From positions 1 through 55,627 of the forward strand of contig NW_021833759.1 in assembly GCF_006345805.1 (NCBI RefSeq): 55,627 bases of DNA, written 5' to 3'. The notes below the pieces were generated by a model, which worked only from the letters and a program-made list of their open reading frames with translations, was not told where the DNA came from and ran no database searches. Shown here piece by piece: positions 25,230 to 36,786 of this stretch. This DNA comes from Octopus sinensis. Lineage: Eukaryota. The position numbers and the translations under genes were made by a program. The first letter of the stretch is position 1. Each line of letters begins with the position of its first letter.

Positions 25230-25331
25230 AACACTCCGTCGGCTACGACGATGTGTGTTCCAATTTTTCCGATCAACGAAACAGCCCGCTCTTGAAATTA
25301 AAATCGGCACGAACTTTCCGGACAACGCAAT
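25230..25331. mobile_element. SINE-C tail fragment joined to a solo mariner TIR
   Basis: CACTCCGTCGG.TACGACG..GATCAACG.AACAGCC.GCTC.TGAAATT joined directly to AAATCGGCACGAACTTTCCGGACAACGCAATA. Confidence 0.65.
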
Positions 25332-25973
25332 AGAAAGACTAAAACTACTTTCATTGATTTCATCAATTCGTTTCTTGATTCTTTCGAAACGTCGAAAATT
25401 CTAAAGCTACATCGGGCTTGGTAGGTAACACCATACAGTCAGTATGGTCCTACAGTCTCCTTTATTGAATTTAACTGACGAAGCAATTTACAATTTTCAG
25501 TAATGTGTAAGTCCACTCATGTGTTAGTTGGCTATTAATGTTCTGTTATATAATTCTATTCAATATATTGTTTGGAAATTAATGTCAAAGTACTAAATTT
25601 CCAACCACATTGTTAACGATCTATCAAGGTCTTTGTGGTATTATACTTAAATTAGTTCGTTTGGATTCTATGCTATTCAATACATATTCTAATGCATGCG
25701 TATATGTGTGTGTCTATTTGTCTATACGTAAATGTGTGTGTGCGATTGTGTGTGACTACGTTCATATGCATGCATATATACATAAATTGATACATACATA
25801 CATACATACTTACATACAAACATACATATATTCAAGTGTCATGATGTAATTTATCTTATTGGTGTGTGTATATATACACAGGCATATATACACACACACG
25901 CATATAATTTATTTTGCAAATACGTAGATTATAAAACACACACAAGCACAAACACACACACACATATACATAC

Positions 25974-26026
<53 letters not shown>

Positions 26027-26067
26027 TAATATATATATAATATATATATTATATATATACATGTACA

Positions 26068-27450
26068 CAGGGTGTTTCAAAACATTTGATATCATTTCGC
26101 AATCTAATAACTTTGCCAGTTCTTGTTCAAATGATTCCAAATCTTAACGGCATGTGTAGAAACAGGTCAAAGTTTTATGTTTAATGTTTGATATTTTATC
26201 TTTTCAGGTATAGAAATGGCATTCACTAGAAGAGAAAAGGTGTTTTATGTGTTGGAGTATGCTCGAATACAGTCGAACAAGACTGTGAAACGTGAACTTG
26301 TGAGAGAGTTCTCGAAAAAGTCACCAGATGCATTGTAGATTTGGACATGGCACAAAACATTCATAAAGAAGGCTGTCTGTGCAGGGCAAAAAGGATCTCG
26401 ACGACCATTAACATCGGAAGAGACTGTCGAGCGGATTCGCTAAAAATTCTTGCAAAGCTCCAAGATGTCCATAAGAAGAACAAGTCTGGAAACCCAGATT
26501 CCTCAACGACAGTTTGGCCGTCCTGAGGAAACGCTTGGTAATGAAACCCTACAAGCTGCAACCCGCTCGGGCCATAACGGCAAGCGAAAGCGCAAATAAT
26601 TCTGTGTTGATTGCTGCAGCTCGGCTGGGATATGTTACGCCACCCTCAATTCTGGGAAGTAGCCGTGTTCAAGGAACGACTTTTTTCAGTGATGAGGCCA
26701 TATTTCATACGAATGGCAAAGTTGATAATCATAATGTTCGCATTTGAAGAAAATTCCCATACCACAGTTGAGCACGAAATGCACTCACCAAAAGGGAACA
26801 TGTCCTGCGCCATCTCCAAAATGCATCTTCATGGCCGGTTTTTCTTTGAAGGAAATGTGACCGGTGACGTTTGTCTGCAAATTCTTCCGAACTGACTAAT
26901 GGATGAGCTCATTGCAAATGAACATGAAGACTTCATTTTTCAGCAGGGCGGGGCTCCATCTCACTGGAAGCTCACTGTGCGGGCTTATCTCAATGATAAT
27001 CTGCGAGGGAGATGGATTGGGTGTGCTGGTTGGTGATGAAGACAATGTGCTGTTGAAATGGCCGCCACGTTCACTTGACCTGGCACCTTGCGATTGTTTT
27101 TCGTCTGGGGCGATGTGAAGAGCCTGCTCTATGTCTCCACTCTTCCTGCAAACCTAGAGGAACTCTAGCAGAGAATTACTAGCGCACTGGAGACTACTAC
27201 CCAAGACATGCTGCGTGTTTGGGAGGAGCTGGGCTACCGACTTGACGTGTGGCGTGCCTCAGGCAGTGAACATATTGAACATTTGTGAAATCGCTCATGG
27301 CATTCACATAGCTTTGAATTTTTCATAAAAATTTGCAAGAATAAATCTTATGATGCTCAACATGAAACCTGTTTAGTTTCTTTTGCTTTGACTATGTAGT
27401 TTCTGTGATATTTACATCTCAAGTGATACCAAAGATTTTGAAACACCCTG
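26068..27450 (+). mobile_element. Decayed Tc1/mariner-superfamily transposon, rosa-like
   Basis: TIR CAGGGTGTTTCAAAA at both ends in TA-repeat context; FSDEAIFHTNGKV, FQQ(D>G)GAPSH, GRWIG, KWPPRSLDLAPCD; several stops and frameshifts. Confidence 0.88.
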
Positions 27451-27455
27451 TATAC

Positions 27456-27486
<31 letters not shown>

Positions 27487-27544
27487 TGTATGTATGTATG
27501 TATATATATATATATATAAATCCTTAAATCCTTAAAAATGTTTT

Positions 27545-27690
27545 AGCCCAAAGGCCGCGGCCATGCTGGGGCACCACCGCTAAATGAGCTACATTAATAT
27601 GTGAATCCACCTCTGATACGTGGCACTTGATCAACAAGGGAATTCGATGCTGCTGTCCGCATCTGCGTCTCCTGTCGTGAGGTAGGTTCA
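27545..27690 (-). mobile_element. CR1-type LINE 3' UTR fragment
   Basis: Homologous to 28860-29000 (CATGCTGGGGCACCACCG..GTCTCCTG..GTGAGGTAGG). Confidence 0.65.
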
Positions 27691-27813
27691 TATATATATA
27701 TTATATATATATAATATATATATATATGTATATACATATACATATATATATATGTATATATATATATATACATATATATATATACATATATATATACATA
27801 CATATATATATCC

Positions 27814-27845
<32 letters not shown>

Positions 27846-27909
27846 TTATATATATATATATATATATATCATATATACATTCATATATATATATATATAC
27901 ATATGTAAG

Positions 27910-28114
27910 GTTAATCCAAACATGAAAACACAAAGAGAAAACTCAACAACGGGAGGACGTGAAGCAAGTATAGTGTTATTGGACGCTCAGGAAGGAAAGA
28001 AAGAAGGATGATTTAACGTTTCGAGCGGAGATCTTCGTCAGAAACATAGAAAAAGGAAAGATCCAAGGAAGGGAAGACGGAGGAAAAAAATCGCCAACGA
28101 TACACACGCGGTCA
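27910..28114 (-). mobile_element. Family A Penelope-type element, hammerhead-like motif 28011-28046 with intact CUGACGA core
   Basis: Minus strand TGTTT-CTGACGA-A-GATC-TCC-GCTC-GAAA-CGTT-AAAT. Confidence 0.78.
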
Positions 28115-28734
28115 CATATTGAATGACCGGAAGGGAATGGGTGAAGGAAAAAGTTTTTTCAAAAACAGGAGAGTACAAGAGAAAGAGGCATGTGTGTGTA
28201 TGTGTAGGTATGTGCGTGCACGCAGGTCTCTGTGTGTGTGTATGTGTGTGTACATACATACATACATACATACATACATACATACTATATATATATATAT
28301 ATTATATATATATATACTCTACGTGTGTGCAAAATGGAAACAGCTTAAATCTGGCCTATATAAATTTCATAAAAATAATTATTATTTAGAAATCTGAGAC
28401 AAGTTCTTTCTACATATAAGAAGAGGTACATAAAAATGTTGATATAATCATATTGATGTAAGCATGATTCACCTATTCTCAAATATCGTATGAGTATACA
28501 ATATAAATAAAGATATGTTGTTTGCAGGGATCAAATTTAGTATATCAACAAGTTTGTTAGATTGGACTTCACCGTCTACAGAACAAATACAATCGTTAAA
28601 GTGAAATTAAATTCGTATGATTGTATATTATATTAATTACCTCGGTATTATGTTTAGAAACACCCAGGGTGCATTTTCAGAACTATATCTTAATATATTC
28701 CATTTTGTTAAAGAGATACTTACACACACATACA

Positions 28735-28791
<57 letters not shown>

Positions 28792-28825
28792 TATACACAC
28801 ACACAAACATATATATATATATATA

Positions 28826-29900
28826 TTCTTTAATTCTTCAAGATGTTTCTGCTTCAAAGCTGTGGTCATGCTGGGGCACCACCGTTTACTGAGCTACACC
28901 ATTATTTGAAACCTCCTCTGCTATGTAGCATTTGGTCAGTGAGGGAGCTTGATGCCACTGCCCTCATCTGTGTCTCCTGCTGTGAGGTAGGCTCGTCTGG
29001 AACCCTTGACAGGAAGAGATCCAGTTTTGTTTTAAAGACACATCTATACCATGCATGTCTCTCGAGAATTTTGGGAAGATATTGAAGAGCTATGGACCCT
29101 TGTATCCCAAGCTGTTGCTTTGTCTGGTCCTGTATTTTGATGGCGATGCTGAGAACTTGGCACTATACAGTAGCGTCCCATTCTGCAGTTTGAGTAACTT
29201 TCAATGCCAAAGTTTGGCACAAGGCCTTCGAGGATTTTCCAGGTGTATATCACTACATATCTTTCCTTCCTTCGTTCTGGGGAGAAGTGTTTTAATTCTT
29301 TCAGTCTTTCCCAGTAGCTGATACATTGCATCAGGAACAATTTTCCTAGTGTAGCTTCGTTCGATTACTTCGAGTTCCGCCGTGAATTTTATAACGTGTG
29401 ATGACAACAGTTGGGAGCAGTAGTCCAAGCGATATCATCCAAAGGTCCAACAATGCCTCCTTTTCTCTTGTTCTGAAAGTTCGGAGGATCGATCCAGCTA
29501 GCCGTCTGCATTTTATTACCAAATTGGTAATATGGACTTCAAAAGATGCATCATTGCTCATGCCAGTACCCAGGCCACGCACTGATTTTAATTCAGGGAT
29601 TGCAATTCCTCCGCAGAGGAACTGCAATTCCTGAATATAGTATGTCCTGTCTGCGTGTCGTTTAGCTTTGTGTACGAGTAGCATAGGGCCTGGAATTTTC
29701 CTGCATGAAACTGCATTTTGTTGTCCTCGGCTCACCTGAATATTGCATCCAACTCCCGTTGCAAATGTGTAATACTTTCAGGATTTGTATTGTCTGAGAG
29801 ACTTTTGTGTCACCTGCATAGCTAGCAACGTTGGCTGAGCAGTGGAGGGCATGTCTGTGAGAACTACTATGAATAGCAGAGGGCTACTATGAATAAGCAG
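28826..29900 (-). mobile_element. CR1-clade LINE, 5'-truncated (RT C-terminal part plus 3' UTR)
   Basis: LFIVVLTDMP..YAGDTK (YADD-like), WAEDNKMQFH.GKFQ, ILRTFRTR, DYCSQL, SYWERLKEL..ERRKERY..WKILEGLVPN; tail with GAATAAAA-like repeats. Confidence 0.92.
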
Positions 29901-30000
29901 TGACACTGTAGAACACCAACGTGTCTGAGTGTGTATATATATGCATACACTCACACACACACACACACACATACATACACACACAAACATATATAGCAAA

Positions 30001-30145
30001 AACTGTCCGACGAACGGGAACGTGAAACTCAGAGTAAGAGGTTTTGTTGAATTTTCTGCTGCTTTTAAATAAATCATATTACTCTACCACTGGTATTTGA
30101 GTACTCTTTTTTCCACCTTGTTTCACATTTATGTGTTTACTCCGG

Positions 30146-30146
<1 letters not shown>
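30001..30146 (+). mobile_element. Penelope-type terminal relic, family F, with CCGA-core hammerhead-like motif 30003-30041
   Basis: CCGACGA-ACG-GGAA-CGT-GAAA-CTCAGAG-TA; stem I imperfect; ends in (TA)n. Confidence 0.6.
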
Positions 30147-30183
<37 letters not shown>

Positions 30184-30191
30184 TATATGAT

Positions 30192-30383
30192 TCGCCATGA
30201 TACATCTCTAGTCGCCAAACATTTTCTATTTCCGCTCCCTGCTTATTTCTCTGTTCCTTTCTGTCGAAGAGCGTAAACTCGAAATGTAAAAGACTTTTTC
30301 ACTTCTCGAGCGCTAAACTAATACATCTGTTTGTTGTTTACACTTCCGTTTTCGTTTTTCGCTTTTTTTTTGTGAATTCTCAC
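30192..30383 (+). mobile_element. Family B Penelope-type element, hammerhead-like motif 30257-30292
   Basis: CTTT-CTGTCGA-A-GAG-CGTAAA-CTC-GAAA-TGTA-AAAG. Confidence 0.7.
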
Positions 30384-30416
30384 TATACACACACACACAC
30401 ACACATTCAGACGCAT

Positions 30417-30550
30417 AAATACATACATACATACATACATACATACATACATACATACATACATACATACATACATGCATACATGCATACATACATACAT
30501 ACATACATACATACATACATACATACATACATACATACATACATACATAC
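30417..30550. repeat. (CATA)n
   Basis: Direct inspection. Confidence 0.95.
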
Positions 30551-30699
30551 GAAAATACGCTGTTGTTGATGTTTAAATTCCAATGAAGGAGTCTTGGATC
30601 TAGGTTAGAAATCGGATCTTTCTCTGTTGGTAAGAAATCCTGAAATAAACGGAAAAATGACATACATACGTACGTAGAGAAATATAGATGTATTCTCTT

Positions 30700-31060
30700 A
30701 TTTTTTTACTCTTTTACTTGTTTCAGGCATTTGACTGCGGCCATGTTGGAGCATATCCTTTAGTCGAACAAATCGACCCCAGGAATTATTCTTTGTAAGC
30801 CTAGTATTTATTCTATCGGGCCCTTTTGCCGAGCCGCTAAGTTACGGGGACGTAAACACATCAATATCTATTGTCAAGTGATGGTTGGGGGACAAACACA
30901 GGCACACACACAAATATATACATACATATATATTGTTATATATATATACGGCGGGCTTCTTTCAGTTTCCATCTACCAAATCCACTCACAAGGTGTCACG
31001 CACTGGGATTGAACCCGAAACCATGTGGTTGGGAACTAAGCTTCTTTCCATACAGCCACG
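30700..31060 (-). mobile_element. SINE family A with internal deletion
   Basis: Shared tail, body and head; lacks the GGCTTTGGTCGGCCCGAGG..CCCAA segment. Confidence 0.85.
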
Positions 31061-31369
31061 CCTGCGCCTATATAACAAGGTTTTCTTCTGGACATGTATT
31101 TCACATCCTTTTCTTACACACACACACACATACACAAGTACACTCATCACATTTACGCACACTTATTCATCATATTTACACAGAAACATACACACACGCT
31201 CATCACATTTATACACGCACATACACAAACACACACACAAGTGCACACACATATATATATATACACGTACAAACACATACACACTCACTTACACATCCAT
31301 ACACATACACATCTATATATAAATATATGCATATAAATTCATAGCTAGATAAATACATAGATACGTACA

Positions 31370-31405
31370 TACATAAATACATACATACACACTCATACAT
31401 TCATC

Positions 31406-31438
<33 letters not shown>

Positions 31439-31966
31439 TACATACATACATACATACATACATACATACATACATACACACATACATACACACATACATA
31501 CATACACACATACATACACACATACATACATACACACATACATACATACACACATACATACATACATACATACATACATACATACACACATACATACACA
31601 CATACATACATACATACATACATACACACATACATACACACACACATACATACATACATACATATATACATACATACATACATACATCCATACATACATA
31701 CATACATACATACATACACACATAAATACGTACGTACATACATACATACATACATACACATACATACATACATACATACACACACATACATACATACATA
31801 CATACATACAAACATACATGCATACATACATACATACATACACACACACATACATACATACACACATACCTATATACATACATACATACATTCAAACATA
31901 CATACATGCATACATACATACATACATGCATACATACATGCATACATACATACATACATACATACA

Positions 31967-31998
<32 letters not shown>

Positions 31999-32066
31999 CA
32001 CACACACATACATACACACACACATACATACATACATACATACATACATACATACATACATACATA
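31370..32066. repeat. (CATA)n/(CA)n long microsatellite
   Basis: Direct inspection; source of MYVC and HTYI ORFs. Confidence 0.95.
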
Positions 32067-32670
32067 CGTGTGCTTCTCTATGTGCAAAACATTTAACGAG
32101 CTAAATAGATAATTACGATGTCGCTCTCTGTGTTTTTTGCTGTTGAAACGTCTGTTCCCCTCAAGTGCTGGCTCAGTCCTGAAGTGCACTAAGTGTTTAA
32201 TTACACGATGGCAACACAGATTTACCATTAAAACTCTGGAGTGAAAGTTAATCTATGTTTACACCAATTTAAAGTGAACTAATTGAGGCAAGAAAAAGTG
32301 AAAAATGATTAAATTAGAGGTTAACATGATTTGATGGTATTGAATTCATTCACAGTTTGATTCGAGGACAGCGAGTTCAATTTTCCTTCAAGCTATCAGG
32401 AATTTTTAATGATGTACTTTTTTTTTAATATTATCTGTTTGTTTATTTATTGTTGCTCTTTCAAGGTCGGACGAACACGATATGATACCTCCTTCGTGAT
32501 CGATTATGACTGAATTTTTGTATAGAAGTGTTTGTATGTGTTTGTAGTTTACACCCACACCCACACACATAAACACAGATATTGATATATATATATATAT
32601 ATATATATACCAAATTTGTGTATATACCAAATTTGATATACTAAATATCAACTCAATATACGTATACCTT

Positions 32671-33175
32671 CGTTAGCACGCCGCGCGAAATGCGAAGCCG
32701 TATTTCGTCAGCCGTTACGTTCTGAGTTCAAATTCCGCTGAGGTTGACTTTGTCTTTCATCCTTTCGGGATCGATTAAATAAGTACCAGTTACGCACTGG
32801 AGTCGATATAATCGACTTAATGCGCTTGTCCGTCCTTGTTTGTCCTCTCTGTGTTTAGCCCCTCGCGGGCAATAAAGAAACAGGTATTTCGTCTGCCGCT
32901 ACGTTCTGAGTTCAAATTCCGCTGAGGTCGACTTTGCCTTTCATCCTTTCGGGGTCGATTAAATAAGTACCAGTTACGCACTGTGGTCGATATAATCGAC
33001 TTAATGCATTTGTCCGTCCTTGTTTGTCCTCTCTGTGTTTAGCCCCTCGTGGGTAGTAAAGGAATAGGTATTTCGTCTGCCGCTACGTTCTGAGTTAAAA
33101 TTCCGCTGAGGTCGACTTTGCCTTTCATCCTTTCGGGGGTCGATAAATTAAGTACCAGCTCCGTACACGGGTCGA
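32671..33175 (+). mobile_element. SINE family B trimer (184-bp units, third truncated)
   Basis: Units restart at GGTATTTCGTC at 32883 and 33067. Confidence 0.88.
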
Positions 33176-33816
33176 TCTAACCGACTGGCCGTCTCCCATC
33201 AAATTTCAGGCCTTGTGCCTAGAGCAGAAAAAAGAATATACGTATGCCTTTGAAGGAACCTTAGTCGTGTACAGAGCAGTAATAAGAGAAGACAAAGGAA
33301 CAAGCGATTGTCTTACGAACTTCAGAGAAAGAAAGAGCGAGAGACAGGGAGAGATAGATGGTAGAGGTGCAAAAGAGAGGGAGCGATGATTACCTCGAAA
33401 TAACATTCGGTTGTGTGTGCATCAATGCATGTCAAACACATGCAGTTTACATGGAATGAAACGACTTGCACTTTTACTAAATGTCTTACGAAATCGTTTG
33501 CAGAGAAGCCGAGTGCCACTACACCGTTATTGGGTATGAAAATAGAAACGTATCACAAAGTATGTATTGTTATAGAATTTGTCTTTGTTGTTTTTATCGC
33601 AATGTAACCTAGAATTTACAGACGTACCACCAAAACGCATAACTGACATAAACGGCAGATCTTATCTCAAGCTATGTACAAATCGCACTGCTTTTTATTG
33701 CATTTGTCGAATGTGGAAGAAGCTCCTCGCAAGTATTTTTCCATCATCACCAAGAGCGTTGAGTTTGACGCCGTTAATGTTTAATTTAAAGAATTGAGCA
33801 GTATAAAAATCGTAGT

Positions 33817-34120
33817 GTGGAGGCACATGGCCTAGTGGTTAGAGCAGCGGACTCGCGGTCGAGGGATCGCAGGTTCGAATCTCAGACCGGGTGATATGTG
33901 TGTTTATGAGCGAAACACCTAAGCTCCACACGGCTTCTGCAGAAGGTAATGGCGAACTTCTGCTGACTCTTTTGCCAAAACCTTCTCTCACTCTTTCCTC
34001 CTTCATCTTGTAGCTCACCTGCAACAGACCGGCGTCCCGTCCAGGTGGGGAACCCATACGCCAAGGAAACCGAGAAACCGGCCCCTATGAGCCAGACATG
34101 GCACGAGAAAGAACAAACAA
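33817..34120 (+). mobile_element. SINE family C head with V-domain-like tail
   Basis: GTGGAGGCACATGGCCTAGTGGTTAG..GGTTCGAATC; CCGGCGTCCCGTCCAGG..GAAACCG. Confidence 0.85.
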
Positions 34121-34689
34121 ATCGTACTACTTTTTATTGTATTTGCGCCTCATAAGTATTATTCCATCATCTCCGAGAGCGTTGAGTTCGACGCCGTTAA
34201 TGCTTTGTTACAGGAAAGACGTGAGCTTGGGAAATAATGGTACTTGGAAAGACTGGACTTGAAAAATGGCTAGCTGTGTGTGCGTGTGAATGCAACAAGA
34301 ATAACATGTAGGGGACAGAGGAGTAGGTCGATAATATATAACTGAAAGATCTGCCTGCTTCAAACAACGTAGTTGCGACAGTGCACCTGTGTACTTTTAG
34401 GACCTTAACGTGCGGTTTATAGAATATTTGGCTAATACTTGAAACAGGGCAGGTGTCTATGCTAATGCTCATTGGCTGATATCCCTGTCATTGTACTACG
34501 TGATATGTTTTATCCTTTATCGTTGAATTGTTTCAGTTATTAACTTGCGGCCACGTTGGGGCATTGCCTTAAGTAGTGTTAGCCGAACAAATCGAAACCA
34601 GCCCTTTTTTTTAAAGTCTGCTACCTATGTTGTTGGTTTCTTTTGTCGAGCAGCAGTTACAGTTACTTGGACGTAAATGTAGGTTGCAT

Positions 34690-35086
34690 ACGAACCACAT
34701 GGTTCAGGGTCCAGTCCCACTGCGTAGCACCTTGGGCAAGTGTCTTCTTCTATAGCCTCGGGCCGACCAAAGCCTTGTGAGTGGATTTGGTAGACGGAAA
34801 CTGAAAGAAGCCCGTCGTATATATGTATGTATATATATGTGTATGTGTGTATGTGTGGTGTGTGTATGTGTGTGTGTGTGTGTGTTTGTGTTTGTCCCCC
34901 CAACATCGCTTGACAACGGACGCTGGTGGTTTTACGTCCCCGTAACTAGCGGTTCGGCAAAAGAGACCGATAGAATAAGTACTAGGCTTACAAAGAATAA
35001 AACCTGGGATCGATTTGCTCGACTAAAGGCGGTGCTGCAGCATGGCCGCAGTCAAATGACTGAAACAAGTAAAAGAGTAAAAGATT
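34690..35086 (+). mobile_element. SINE family A
   Basis: Complete body, internal (TA)(TG) microsatellite, (GAGTAAAA)n tail. Confidence 0.9.
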
Positions 35087-35224
35087 AAAAGTAGTACCGG
35101 TTGTCAAATTGTGTGTGTAGACAAACACAGACAGAAAGACACGCATACACAAACACATGATCACACACACAAACAAACACACACGCATATACAAATATAT
35201 ATATATATATTCTTCCATGCCACA

Positions 35225-35512
35225 TTTATCACTGACGAAGGGAGGGTTTTTACGAACTAACCCTGAAATCGGTCCGATATGGTAATATTGGAATTTTTTA
35301 GAAATTTCTGTCGGCTTCTTTTCAAGTAGCGTGCGTATTGTGAAAAATTATATGGTAATGGACAATATGTCCAATTTTCGGCATATTTGGCATTAGAAAT
35401 TTTTTCGTCAGCCCTTATTTATAAGTTGTTTATAATTTTAACCTTTAAAGGTATTTTTTAATATGCTGGCCATTGATAAAATTTTTTCGAAAAAAAAATT
35501 TTTATCCTACAT

Positions 35513-35514
<2 letters not shown>
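35225..35514 (+). mobile_element. Penelope-type terminal element, family C, hammerhead-like motif 35227-35279
   Basis: TATCA-CTGACGA-AGGG..CCCT-GAAA-TCG-GTC-CGATA; canonical core and GUC triplet. Confidence 0.8.
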
Positions 35515-35556
<42 letters not shown>

Positions 35557-36786
35557 ATGTTACATTACTCGGTAGTCAAGATAAAACTCTGAGTTTCAGA
35601 TGCCGAAGTGGAAATCCACAACACCATCTCTTCGGTTATCTGGCTATTTGAAAACGTTATGAAAAAATACCGTTAAAATGAAGGGAAATTACTCTGTTAT
35701 AACTCTGCTTTGCCTGTGTACTTATACATCGCTCGCATTTTTCGTCATAAAAATTATATAAAAATACATAAAAATATATAAAAATATATAAAAATATATA
35801 AAATCTTCTTGGGACATTACACAGAAAGCATGTTCTATCCGTTTTCTTTAGGGGACCAAAAACGTAACAGAAATTTAGTCACATGTGGGCATGATCCGAA
35901 AAGCTCTGTCCTTGTATTTAGACATGTGGTAGGGTCTAAGCTGCTTTTCCAGATAAGCCATCTCTCCATGTCGCATAAACAAGGCCAGGTTCAATAACCA
36001 CACTTTGAGCTTTAGGCACTGGAACAAAAGAAAAGCGACACAATTATCCAATCATATTTGGTCTTTAAGAGATAAAGGTGTCGATTATAACATACAATGG
36101 AAGATTTTGGCCAGATGTAAGCCCTATACCAACGGCAGCGGAAGGTGCGGTTTATGCGACATGGAGAGATGGCTTATCTGGAAAAGCAGCTTAGACCCTA
36201 CCACGTGTCTAAATACAAGGACAGAGCTTTTCGGATCATGCCCACATGTGACTAAATTTCTGTTACGTTTTTGGTCCCCTAAAGAAAACGGATAGAACAT
36301 GCTTTCTGTGTAATGTCCCAAGAAGATTTTATATATTTTTATATATTTTTATATATTTTTATATATTTTTATGTATTTTTATATAATTTTTATGACGAAA
36401 AATGCGAGCGATGTATAAGTACACAGGCAAAGCAGAGTTATAACAGAGTAATTTCCCTTCATTTTTAACGGTATTTTTTCATAACGTTTTCAAATAGCCA
36501 GATAACCGAAGAGATGGTGTTGTGGATTTCCACTTCGGCATCTGAAACTTATCTTGACTACCGAGTAATGTAGTTTTATCTTGACTACCGAGTAATGTAA
36601 CATATTGTATAGATAAATTTCCTCTATTTACATAATATTGAGGTCTCTTTCTTTCTTTTGTTATCTTACCGTTTTATCAATAAATCACCTCCCGGACGAC
36701 GTTATTCTCAACTAAGAGCTAATACGACCCTTTTGGGATTATCGCCTAACATCGGTTGAGGACTCTCACAAACAAAAGAATCTAAT

